Positions 50,310-62,642 are shown, counted from the first letter of the stretch. The stretch: DNA of 64,000 nucleotides from Dicyema japonicum (GCA_011109175.1 RDEW01000014.1:1-64000); one strand, 5' to 3'. Numbers and translations: made by a program. The notes: generated by a model not told the origin, from the sequence alone.

Positions 50310-51513
50310 CAAACTAAATAAGTAATCCCGGTACGCTAACTAATTAAGTAATCCCGGTACGCCTCGACAGGATCGAGAGGTTTTTCATGTGTTCCTCCAG
50401 AGTACTCACGGTTTTCCTGAATAGACTACGATCATCTTTCAATAGAGTTTGAAGAGGGTGGGTTTTTTCCCCAAATTTCGTGTATTTGAGGCCTTTAGCC
50501 TTGAATTGAAGAAACGACAGACAGATGAAGCCGGAGCCATTATTTTTGATTGCGGCGTGGTCGAGCATTGGGGGAAAAGATCGGGGGGTAGATTCGTTAG
50601 ACGTGCTAGTTTGCCAATTAGGGAATTGATCTTGAGTGAATTTGATATCGAAGCTCTATAGTCCCATGAGGCACAAGCATACTCAATCGTCGGTTTTAGG
50701 AGTTGATTGAACACGAGGCGCATTCCTATGATGGCCTGGACTTCAAGAGCGGTTTTATATATTAAGTTACCTGAGACCCTTTGTCATAACGTTCTTCACA
50801 TGTTGAGAAAATGTCATCAAAGGGTCAAATCTCACTCCCAGGATAGCTTGACGAATCTGTAGTGGTAAGGAGTCTCCATAAATGTTCAAATCCAGTGATG
50901 TTTTTCTTTTATGTCCGTGTGAAGATTGTATACGTTGATTTATCCCTGGATATGGAAGACGATTCAACTTCAACCAGCCTCCCAGGTCGTCAATATGTGA
51001 CTGAAGCTCTAATTTTGCTGTATCCACGTATTTGTTCTGCTAGTGATGATTAGGTCGTCAGCATAAGTAAGATGTATTGAATCTAGTCCTCCAGGGAGGA
51101 TAAATCGTTGAAAAATAAGTTGAATAATGCAGAGAGAGGGGCGATCCTTGAGGGACGCCATTTGGTAGGAGACGGGACCTCGATCTTGCGTGGCCTTATA
51201 GAGACACGTCCTCTTCTTCCGGAGAGAAAATTGGCTATCCATTTTTTCAAATCCGTCTGAATGGTTGTGTCAAAAACCTTTTTCGTGAGTAATGTTCTCG
51301 AGACAGAATCGAACGCCTTCTTGATATCTAGGGAAACCACTATTGTCCGTATATGGCGTTTCGGTATGTTGAACCCTTCTGATATAAATTGAGACAGTGA
51401 AGTCAAATGTGTCGTAGTTGAACGCTCACATTTGAAGCCATGTTGAAAGTGGCAGTCTGGCAAATGGGGTTTAATTTTCCAGAGTACGAGTTTCTCCATT
51501 AGGCGCGATAATG
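50310..51513 (-). mobile_element. LINE RT and 3' end
   Basis: QHGFKCERSTT, SLDIKKAFDSV, LTYADDLII, ILGVRFDPLMTFSQHV, KPTIEYACASW; ends RRTGIT*. Confidence 0.87.
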
Positions 51514-52663
51514 CTTTATTAACCTAAAAACTAAAAAAATGAACCCAAAAATTTAACTTTATAACTAAACAATAAAACACTAAACTTTTTGTCACACATA
51601 CAAATTACATAATTTTCTAAATTTCCTGGTAGAAAATATCTGTTGGATCTAAGAAAATTCTTTATCTCAGAAAAACATCGTTCAACCGAGCACTAAGTGC
51701 TAACAATTCAGAAGTAATGAATACTCGGCAGGAGATATGTGTGAATTAGTCATTTTAATTAAGTTTGAAATGTCATTTTTTGAAGCCTTTTATTTATGTA
51801 TTCTTTAATAAATTTGTTGTCATTTTCAAATTGTCACAATCATATGCTTGTTCAATTCTGAAGCGTGTATATTGATAATAATATCTGCAATAGCGACATT
51901 ATTCGGAAACCTGGAATGTTCGAATAGCTTCAGATAAGGTCACATAGACTGCTAACTAACGGTGTGGGAACTCGTACACAGCCTCCGTAAAACAATTTTC
52001 TAAGCCACGGCATAGATAGTTTGTTTAGTGAAATATCAGACTTTATAAATGCTCTGGTTACTTGTATAAATGCTCAATCATCATTTTTTGAATATTGGTC
52101 AATGTGTGCTTGGTGCGATTCGGCAGATTATCTAGAAAAAATACTTGTTATATCGCAAAACCGGAGAGAAAATTGGCTATCCATCTTTCAAATCCGTCTG
52201 AATGGTTGTGTCAAAAACCTTTTCGTGAGTAATGTTCTCGAGACAGAATCGAACGCTTTGATGGGAATTTACAAAATGCCTTTATTTGCGTTTTCTCGCA
52301 TTTTATATTACACAAAGAGTCGACAATATAGCGCACCATCCTCAAGAATCATAAATTCTTTAGGATAATACTTTACAATAGCCTTAGCTATAATTTGGTA
52401 CTATTTTGCTATCTTAGGTATGTCAACCAAAAATTTTAGTGGCAAAATATATTATTAATAGTTAATTTAAAAAAAATAAATACATTAAATCAAAAATTAT
52501 AGGTTAAAATAATTTTAACCTTATAATTTTAAATTTTAACTTTTTAACCTAATAATTTTGTTTAATAAACATTTATTTATAATAAAATATAGTTAAAAAT
52601 CATTTTAATGATTATTTATTAACTATTATTATATTTTAACTTTTTTAACTTAGTTTCGCCCTA
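51514..52663 (-). mobile_element. Internally deleted hAT-like element (TAGGGCGAA TIR), N-terminus plus C-terminus
   Basis: TIR at 52663; zinc-finger-like DGALYCRL; AFIKSDISLNKL; 51514-51960 aligns inversely with 63425-63900. Confidence 0.75.
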
Positions 52664-52689
52664 ATGATCACTATGAAAATCGTAGGAGA

Positions 52690-52840
52690 CGTTCCATGAA
52701 ATCTTTGGGGCAATCCTAGAGGAAGCAATGGATATGTCGGGGGAGGTTGGGTTGTCATTTTTTCGGATAGGTGTCCTTGTGAAGATGTCATCAAAGGGTC
52801 AAATGTCACTCCCAGGTTATCAAAGGGTCAAATGTCGATT
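52690..52840 (-). mobile_element. Short LINE RT fragment with internal 17-bp duplication
   Basis: tgtcatcaaagggtcaaat.tcactcccagg matches 50812-50842. Confidence 0.5.
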
Positions 52841-54108
52841 TTAATAATGCGACACTACGTTGTCAATGAGACCATCAAGGCTATTGTATCATTCGCAAAG
52901 CAAGCATAAAACATACAGTAGAAAATAATAGTTTGCTTTTTCAGTTACTGTTATTTTAAATGGAGTTGAAGCTACATATGAGATGATTACAAATCTGGAT
53001 GTTCCCATTCAATTGGCTAAGAATTCATTGTTCCAGCAATGAGAGTGATATTATGAGATGTAATGGGTGTCGAATCTCTGGAGATTATAAACAAAAATAT
53101 CAATTAGCAAAGATTTTATTCGTTTAAGAATGAAATGGGAAACAAATTCAGATATTAAAAACCACCAAAATTTACCTTCAAATCGATGAGTTACTAATGG
53201 GTGATAATCAGTCAATTCTAAAGGTTTAAGTCTCGTGCCTGTCTACGTGTTCTGCGCAACACCAAATACAGCTGATGGATTTCTGGGAGCGTCCGCTCTT
53301 GGCTGTGACGTTCTTGTTAGCCACCAGTTTCCTTCATTCAAAGGGACTGGGGGTAATAAATGTCAGGTATAAACAGTAATTTCGACAAAAACAATAAACT
53401 AGTGATTTCGCTTATAATCACTCGGAGAGCACTTCTCGTAAACAGATATAACCAATGAGGCGAAACGGAAACGGTTTTTGAGCCGAACATTACAATTGAG
53501 GATTTCGAATAAGTGATAAAATACAACACCTATTTTAGCTAAAAACCTAACAAGCAATATTACAAAGATGTCGAGGAAGAACAATCAATTCAGAACGCGT
53601 TATCCTCTGTGTGATTCACATTTGGGATCAGTTTAGTCTATATTTCTGCACTTTTGGTCCCCTCCCAAAATTAAATGATTAACCTGAACTCTAAGTAAGC
53701 GTTGACATTACAAACCTGAACTCTGTGTTATGGGAAGTCTAAAAGAGTGAAGCCTCACTGCTGAGCATATTTGGGCAATGACGAGTGAAGGAACATTTGT
53801 TAAGTAATTTGATGAAGATGAGGTCTTCCTCATCTATCCATCTCATTCCGAATTTGACTCCCTCAATTTGTACTTTTAATTTTTGTATAAATTATATCTA
53901 TTAATTTTACAAACTACCCCCAATGTATCAACCTCCCATAGTCGCGAAGGCCTATTATATCACAGAGGTCTACCCATAACCGATGGAAGCGATAGAAAAC
54001 ATACATTTTTTATTTTCCTTTCACTGTCGTTCGTCAATATTCGTCCATGTTGGTCATGAATAATTAATATTATTATTATTAAATAAAAAAATAATTAATA
54101 AAATATAA

Positions 54109-54480
54109 ATGGCGGACATTACTATTCTGTGTGATGGTTGCAAAAAGGTATTAAAGAGAAAGTCAGTTAGGACACATAAACTGATTCTTAGTTACAGTAA
54201 CTAATATTATTTACAGGTATTACTGATGATGAATAACTACTTGTAATTTAGAAAGTACATGTGTTGACTGTCATGAAACTTCCATAAAATAATAGATCCC
54301 GAGATAACGGTCCTTTTATTGTACTTTCATTTATAATATTTAGAGCCAAAATTTGACTTTATTTTATAACAAAAATAAAAGTCGTGGTGAAATTAGGAGA
54401 CCATCACGTGTTAATCCACGAAAAATTACAACTCATAGAAAGTCTACATATATTGAAAAAAATAAGTGAATAAATGATAA
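54109..54480 (+). pseudogene. LYAR-type zinc-finger gene remnant
   Basis: MADITILCDGCKKVLKRKSVRTH...STCVDCHET resembles the LYAR N-terminal zinc fingers. Candidate introns 54191-54251 and a 23-nt gtactttcatttataatatttag; stops follow. Confidence 0.45.
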
Positions 54481-54499
54481 GTCACATTTTCCAGTTATG

Positions 54500-55400
54500 T
54501 TTGCTTATCACACATCTTTATGTTCTTTCGTTTTGTTACTCCACCTAAGAGTTATCTTAACAATGTCCGTGAAGAAATCTAAAAGACCTCAGGGAAATGT
54601 TTGAGAAGAATCTGGATCTGAGAAGTCAATAAAAAGCAATTTTTTTATAGCGAACACATTGAGGAGGTCTATAGAAGATAGCACTGGAGGGATTCTATAT
54701 TAGAAAATCTATAAAATAAAATTCTGAGAGGAATTCTATATTGGAAGAGAGAGTATAGCAGACAATGTTGAAGGTGACTATATTGTTTCTGGGTATTCCA
54801 TTCATAATGATGGGGTCTCATAAGGATAGTTGGTACCCCAGAAAGTAAAAATGATTGAATTACCTCAGAAGGAAAAGTGCAGTTATGAGTCAATTCACTC
54901 AGATGTCAATGAGGAGTCAGCTGTTCAATACATTATCAATAATAAATATTAACTTACCCTAGTGTCTCTAATTAGGCGGTGACAGACATATTAAAGAGTG
55001 ATCTCACTCATATCACAGTTTTTGTGCTTATTTTTTGTCAAAATCTAATAAAAGACAAATAAGTGCATCGTAATGATTCAAAAGCTCTGCAAATAGATGA
55101 CTTTGATGGTAGAGAGATTACATGGAATAAATGAGGTTGTCCGTGTTATATATCTTAGGTATTGTCTTATCGTGGAATTCGAGGGAAGATGGTTCAACAT
55201 GTCATAAATATGGTAGTAATCGCATAGAAGACCCCCTGGATGTAGAAGATCTACAAGAGTAATGGTTGTAGGATTGGATACAGTTAATGGTGAAAATATG
55301 GAGTATATGGATGGGGGACGATGGTTATCAATTAATAAATAGGTGGAGTAGAGATTGTAGGAATACTAAAGGAAATGACAGAAGATTATCTATTATTTAT
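54500..55400 (-). mobile_element. Possible Penelope-like remnant; 54500-54560 is repeated at 63947-64000
   Basis: cttatcacacatct...ttgttactccacctaagagttatctt shared; weak RT-like frames. Confidence 0.3.
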
Positions 55401-55659
55401 ATCATGTGTTTGATCAGAGACTAAAGTCGTGTGTGAGTTCGATGGGTATCTCTACTGTAGTTGGTTGTATAATTTAATAAGATGGGATATTTGATTATAT
55501 TACTCAAACCAACAAAAATATTAGGTGGAGTATATGTGGTTGTAATAGCAGTCATTTTTTGTATTATTATATCATCGGTTATGTTTATGTATTTTGGTTG
55601 AGGTGGTGACGTGCCTCTCTTGCACAAATGTCTTCTTAATGCACTCAATGCGAGAAATA

Positions 55660-55760
55660 TGGGAGGGTTGAAACGACTTACAGTGCTTATCCAGAGATGC
55701 ATGGAAGTGGAATCTCAAATAGTTAACTTTTCTGGTTCCGCGGACATTGCTAGTAATAAT
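55660..55760 (-). other. Second copy of segment X
   Basis: ATG 55747 (MSAEPEKLTI*), GTAAGT at 55681-55676; homologous to 815-920. Confidence 0.55.
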
Positions 55761-56207
55761 AATTGTTTGTGTAGAGGAAGGGGATGATCATGTAGGTTTT
55801 TCAAAAGGCTGATGTATTCTTTATTCCTGGTGGCTATTATATGTGATAATTCTATTAGGTGGGTCATATTCTATTAGCAATAGTACTAGAAAGAATGCTA
55901 CATAAACATATGTGCTTGATTCTGATGCTACAACGTACACAACTAATTTATAATTGTAGCTACAGTTTACAGAATTATAATAATTATTTTTTTAATAAAA
56001 GTTGTCATGAAAGTCTCCATTATTGCCTGCACGCATCGCGCACGCAATATGAGTTACCTGGAAAAGCCAATGCGTCATTCTAGGTGCACCTATCAGCTTC
56101 TCGGGGAGCCGTCCGATTAACGTAAAAAAACTCAGAAGTCAAACGTCTTAACGGAGATCAAAAGGAAAACGAACCAGTTCGCGAAGCCGTGGTAATTAAA
56201 TTTTATG

Positions 56208-56476
56208 TTGGGGGTTCCCAACCTTTTTCAGCAAGTGCACCACTTTCTTTGTTAAACATAAATTATTTTAAATATTATATGAACTTTGATCTCTTGTGTC
56301 AAAAACACCACTAGTTAATTAAATGTTGTCAATTTGTTTTGATGTTTATCCATAATTATTAAAATAAGAGCTTTAAAAAAAGTTTGTCAGAAAACTTTTG
56401 TAATATCGCTCTGTGGACCACTCCAGATTCTCGGTGTACCACAGGTGGTCCAACCTGACCACTTTGGGAAACACTG
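56208..56476. mobile_element. Short hAT-type non-autonomous element (imperfect TIRs)
   Basis: GGGGTTCCCAACC at left, TTTGGGAAACACTG at right. Confidence 0.38.
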
Positions 56477-56659
56477 GGCTTGAGAGTATAACTCAATTGG
56501 AGATGAACAAAACTGCATCACGGCAAACATACAATTTTCTCTTACAGAGGAGTGACAGAATGCTCTCTTCATTCTCTCCTTATGTCGCCCAAATAATCCC
56601 CTTGTGAATAATTGACCCACAAATATCACATGCGGTAAATCTATTCACTCCGAGTGTGT

Positions 56660-56850
56660 ACTCCTGTTTTAGATGATTTTTCTATGACATATTCAGACCA
56701 TTCGATTTATACATGAATATACTGGTGATATTATTTATTATGTACCTATTTATTGGAGCATTCACACAGTGTTTTAATTAAAAATTTTATTAAAAAATTC
56801 ATATAAATTAATTAAATTATAAACAATAAATTAATGATAATTTTATTTAA
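56660..56850 (-). pseudogene. LAMP-like paralog C, 5' fragment with premature stop
   Basis: ATG CTC CAA TAA at 56761; 24-nt intron 56745-56722; VYSC exon 2 start; upstream spacer homologous to 547-640. Confidence 0.72.
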
Positions 56851-57932
56851 TCCGAAATTCTAAAATTTAGTTATCTTATATTTATGAATACTTTTACCAT
56901 CTATAATAAATTATATACATTTGTCTATTTTTAAATTACCCTTTTTATAAAAATAATCGCGTAATTAAGAACTACACCTCTGGTTTCCATAAGTTCAATC
57001 CACTGGATTTTGATCTATAAATTTTATAATTTGGAGATTTTTATTTCACGGCAAAAATGGACCATATAATAAGATGCCTTGTCCACAAGAGTTCATGCTA
57101 TCCTTTTGGAGTATTCCGAAACGGATCAAAACAAACCCTGAATACAAAAAAGGTTATCTTCCTTACCCATAAAGAACACAGTAAAACTCAAACAACTAAT
57201 AAAACTATTGTTTATTGAAAAGTTACGAAACCCGCAAAAATCCTTTTTGATCAATATTCGGATTTACTGACAAACACCAATTTTCAAAATTACTTTTTTC
57301 TATCTCGAACAAGTCTGAAGAAAATCTGTCTTTCTTTACGAAATTGAATGTTTGTGGGACAAATGACATCACGTGAAGCTTGGGGCTCCCGTTTTTATTT
57401 GCTTTGACGAGTTTATACGACTACTTTGTGAAAACGCACACTGTCCTAAGTGATTGATAATTTTAGCAATTTTACAATCTGAAAAGTCAAAAAACGACCC
57501 ATCGTAATATGAGCGGATTTTTGTTGCCATTCCTCTCCATATGCCTATTACATTTACAATAACATTAACAATTTATTAACGAAAGTGTGAAGAGTTATTT
57601 GGATGGATATTACATCTGAATCCTACCTTAAAGATTAAACTATAGACCTGGAACCTCCCTCCTATATTTATTCTCTCAAACTGTTCTTTCAGTCTTTTGT
57701 GATTTTTTGGATCTTTGATTTACTTCTGAAATCGTCGATCCGTTTTTTCAACAGTCCGGCTAATTTACAATAGCAGCATATTTTCCTCCTCGCTTAGACC
57801 GGCAATCAACTTCCTGTTAAGGGAGAACTTAATTGCAGCTCTCATTGATTATCTATGAGGATGAGATAATTTCTTTCTGAGAAAAGAACAATCCCTCCCC
57901 ACCAATACAGTAAGCAGGGAAGATATCTCCAA

Positions 57933-60571
57933 TATTATTATTATTATTATTATTATTTAAGCAAAAGAAACACCGTCTTAACCAATAACTAATTTTCAGC
58001 TGATCCCAGCATCTCTCAATAATCGGACCATTTTTTCTCGATGCTCCGACGTGATCCCATGCATTTTCTATACGGACGGGGGTCTTTTTCCTTTCCTTTT
58101 CTGAAATTGCCTCCAGTTGCCTCTATGATAGACTCGAGTGCTCTGGGGCATTTTCTCTATCTGTATTTTTTTCTTTTTTTTGCTCTTGACTGGATCTCTT
58201 GAATTTTTGTTAGGTTCGTTGCCGACAGGTTAGATCCCCATGCGCAAATGCAGAGCCTATTGTTGGGTTGACTTACTGCTTGTAGAGTGTCCCGATACTT
58301 GGCGAATAAATTCCTTCACAGTTCCAAAGGAAGACCTTTACAAAATTGATCTTCTTTGCACACGTTGATATGATAGATTCCACATGGGCTGAGAAGCAAA
58401 GGAAAGTATCAAAAGTTACTCCCAGTATCTTTGCGATTTCTTTTGTGTTATAGGCATTCCATTTAACGTGACATCAATTGTTTGCGTTCCCATCTTTCTA
58501 TTCTTAGTAAAAAGAGTAACTTTTGACTTTTCGGAACATGCATTTAATTGATTTTTGCACAACTATCCAAATATGTTATTTAGTATTCCTTGTAGTCTTT
58601 TTTATTATGTTCGACATTTACGTCACTAGAAGCAACAACTAAGTCATCGGCATAAGAAAGTAGCATGTAATTATTTTTCATAGGTACGAGGAGATCACTC
58701 AAAAACAAATTAAAAAAGATTGGTGACAGAGGAGATCTTTGGGGTACACAATTGGGTAATAATCCCGATCTGGAACTCTTGTTTACGACCTACACTTTCC
58801 CTCGGGGTCCACTTACGAAATTTGCTAACCATACTTTAATGGTGGCATCAATTTTTGTCAAAAAATTTTTCGTATGAGGATCTTCCTTGGACAGAGTCGA
58901 AAGCTTTTGAATGTCGATCTACATATGGACCGATTTTTCCTGTTTTGGCTTGTTCTTGTGTCCTTCAGTTATGAACTTCATTAATGTTGTTAGGAAGGAG
59001 GTTGTTGATAATCCTTCCTTGAATCCAAGTTTGGAATGTAGGTTGTGGGAGAGAAGGGCGAATAACTTTTAGGGACCAGTTTCTCCAGGATCCTCGACAA
59101 AACACATATAAAGGAAACTGGTCTGTAATAGCCGGATCGTTCTTCGGTTTCCCGGCTTCAATATTGGTCGAATTTTTGATAGTTTCCATAAAGTCGGTAT
59201 GGTATTTATGTTCAGCGATGTGTTGTAGATGATTGTTAATGCATTTATTGATGCTGGGCCCAAGTGTTTCAGCAGAATAAGAGGAATTCCGTCTGGGCCA
59301 CATGAGTTTGCTTTTTTTCTGATTTGATATTGCTTTGGATACATATTTAGGGAGAAAATAAATCACGGGGCAAATTTGGATGGCTTTCTCTTTATTTTCG
59401 TTTGTGTGTTAATCTTTTTATAAGGAATGTGACTGATTTCGAATACAATGTTTCATATATTTTATTCAGAATTGAGACGCCTCAACATCTTCCACATGTT
59501 GGAAATTAAGGTCTGAGGTCAATTTTTAGTTTTTTATATATCTTTTCTGATAAAAATATTTCTCCCGTCAATGATTTTTTGTTGAAATAGTATACAGCTT
59601 TGTATATGGAGGAGAAATTTTCAGTTGGAAATGTTGCAGTTTTGAATCAACGAAATTTGTAAAGCCAGTCCAATTTGCATTTTTGTAATCATAGAAATGA
59701 ATAGGCTTCGGTACAAAGCGTGGCTCGCAGTTCAGCTTAATTAACATTAAATGGTGGTCTCTCCGGAGGTCATAACGGACCGTCTAATTAATGATCGAGG
59801 AAAGACGAGGTGAGCAGACGGATAAGTCCTGAGATGTCACCATGTCCTTCGTGTTGTATGGTGTCCTAGTGTTCTTTTCGGGTTGTTGATGATTATTAAG
59901 TTTTGCATTTGGATAATAGCAGGTTTCCTCTGTTATCAGCGGATGGTAGCAGAACCAAGAAGGGTGCTTCGCATTCAGGTCTCCACATAAAATCAAGTTC
60001 TCCAGTTTATCCAAGGTTGATAGGTCAAAGGAGATATTTTTCTTGCAGGAGCCAGGAGGAGGAACATAAACATTCGCAATTTCAATTTTTCTAATGGAAG
60101 TTATAACAGAGATTTTAATTATCTCCGTGTTCGAGTTTCCCATTATCTTGTAAAGAGAAGGGTTCTCGAGGTATTTTATTCCTTTTCTTACAAGAGTCAG
60201 TAGACCCCCACCTTGGCCAGATGGGCGGTCGGATCTTACTGTGTTGTATCCGTTAAAGAGAAAAGTAGGAATGTTATTTGAAAGTTTCGTTTCCTGGTGA
60301 AGGCAGATGTCCACTCTGTTCCTCTCCAAGAATAAGGAAAGTTCGGCAATCTTTCCTCTGATCCCGTTTATATGTTTAAGCTTTGGATTGATAACTTCTT
60401 TTGGCCTGGGTTTTGTTCCACGTCTCCTGAGGTCAACAGTCTCAATCGATAGAATGTTCCAACAGTGAGAGAATGCCGTCCAGTGGGAAGTCCTCTGGTT
60501 GGTAGAGAGCAAATGGTTCTTTTTAGATATAGTTTAGGACTATATCCGACGCCACAGAAACGGTGAAACAT
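57933..60571 (-). mobile_element. Near full-length degenerate APE+RT LINE with N-terminal 2A-like motif and (TAA)n tail
   Basis: GDVEQNPG; LNINGIRGK, HQETKL, NVYVPP, GDLNAKH; GPDGIP, GVPQRSLLSPIFFNLFL, SYADDL; ends DAGIS*; tail 57933-57958. Confidence 0.87.
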
Positions 60572-60619
60572 GACGCACGCTAAAATTCAAAAAGTAGAGG
60601 ATAACTCCTTTGAAGATAA

Positions 60620-60960
60620 GTAACTGAAATGGTCTCTTTTTCATCTTTTTATGTCGTCCATATAATCTTCAAAGTTTCCATAATGGACTCCCAAATATTG
60701 CAAACGTTAGTATACCTTTTTTAGATTATTTTTTCCACGGTTCATTTGAAGTCACAAGATTTTTAGTTGAGTGATTTAACCCCCTCAAGAAGTACTATTG
60801 CTAAATATGTTCCACATACCCGCATAGTCTCTTCTAGAGAAAAGCATTTGCTCTGGAATCAGAAAGTCATTCTCCTTTATATGTTTTCTTAGTCTTTTAA
60901 AACTTACATGTTCAACATATAGCTATAGACATATTAAGCTAATCGTCTGTAACTTCCTGA
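60620..60960 (-). mobile_element. LINE RT fragment (different clade)
   Basis: HIKENDFLIPEQ; LYMDDIK. Confidence 0.4.
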
Positions 60961-61109
60961 TCTCTATCGGGTATCCCTGGTCTAGGAATCATCCTCACAA
61001 CAGCTTTTCTTCATATTAAAGGGAGATGGCCAAGTTTAAACACCCTCACACCAATAAAGGTGTGGATTTTTTGTATTAATAAAAGGTAAAATTAAAAACA
61101 TCAATTATA

Positions 61110-61499
61110 TTAATCTCTTAGCAAATAATCTCGAGCAATCCGCCAAAAATAGGGCTAAAATCATTTGTTTTAAGCAAGATAACGTGCCATCTCACAAAGC
61201 ACGCGTTGTAACCCAATATATGAAAAACAAAAAGAACAAATACTGGACTGACCATCCCAATCTCCAGACCTTAACCCTATAGAATATCTATGGTCATTGT
61301 GAAATTAGAGATATCAAAAAACGGCCAAAAACATTAAGGACTGGAGATCCAATTAATCTATACCAAAAAGTTTCCACAAAATTTGGTCTTGTCGACTAAG
61401 AAACGAAGTTTTCATAATTTTATTTTTTTGCGTTTTTAAAAATAATTTTTCCAATAAAATTCCAATTTTTTTAATCTATTTTTTTCATGACTGGCACTG
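61110..61499 (+). mobile_element. Tc1/mariner transposase C-terminus with right TIR
   Basis: QDNVPSHKA...PSQSPDLNPIEYLW; ends CATGACTGGCACTG followed by TA (61500-61501). Confidence 0.78.
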
Positions 61500-61529
61500 T
61501 ATTTTTAAGGAAAAAGTGTTAAAATTGAT

Positions 61530-62000
61530 AGTTCTATAATAGATCAAAGATCTCATCATTGGAGATAGTGCCACGTGTACTATTTCTTAGAATCTTCAAA
61601 GCGATCATATTGAGGAAAACAACTAGTTATTGTTCGTTGAACATCTCTAGGCTTCTGGAGATTTTGAGTTTTGGAGACCACGATTTTTACATCGACAACG
61701 TTGTTGATTGTTGTCATAGAATAAGAAATTTTTTGCAGTCTTTATAATATTTTTTGAAGAATTGATTTGCTAATATCTCTTTTAGGATAATGCTTGACAT
61801 CAAGAAGAGGCATCAAATAAGCTTTGTTTTCCTTAGACTTTCAAGAAGGATTCTCTGTCCGTTAAAAAATTTATATGAACATCCGTCGACACAAGTTAAG
61901 CTAAAAGAGCTTTGTGCAACAAATACAATAGAAATATCCAGCCATAACTATTTCAGCTGCCTCCGGCTATCAATGGCCTTCTGGATTTCCGAATTTAGCT
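61530..62000 (-). mobile_element. hAT C-terminal region
   Basis: KSWSPKLKISRS...LNMIALK; homologous to 19195-19300. Confidence 0.48.
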
Positions 62001-62049
62001 GGTAGAAAAGGTCTGCACACGACCTATGGGAGAAGCAAGAAATTGGTTT

Positions 62050-62560
62050 CTTCAATGATCCGACACAATTGTCTAAATAAATCCTTTCAGTTATCTTCAA
62101 AATTGAACACACCACAGGGTCCCTCTTGGATTTTCCTAGATTGGTGACTATTCTTACTATAGACCTCTTCCATAAAGTGAAATAAATCCAGTCTATGTGA
62201 TGGTTTGTAGAATCCGAACTTGATCACTAAAGGTAGAAATAATTCTCCTACTTGTTTGTGGAGACCCAAAGGCATTGAGCTGTTTGTCCCAGCTTTTACA
62301 TTTGTCAGGGAATTGTAGACCTAGCATTTTGAAATGGTTCCAGATAGTCAGAATTTTTGATTCCAATGTAGCTGGTCAATTGTTGTGGTGTCAGAAAGCT
62401 AGTAATTATTCATAGAGCGGAGTTTCGAGTCGTTTGTATTTTTCGACAAGGTAATGATAAACAGGTACCCCGGCAAAAAACATCATAGTTCATCGTCGTT
62501 GTAATAAACTGTCAGTAAATATTGGTCAAGCTCACTTTGCTCTGGCCAAATGATGTACCC
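62050..62560 (-). mobile_element. Degenerate LINE RT C-terminus
   Basis: VYYNDDEL; decayed downstream RT-like frames. Confidence 0.4.
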
Positions 62561-62642
62561 GAGCTTTGTCGTTCTAATAAATTGTCTGTTAATAGTATCC
62601 GTTTATCTTAGTATCTTGGAGACTAGCGACTAATACTATAAC

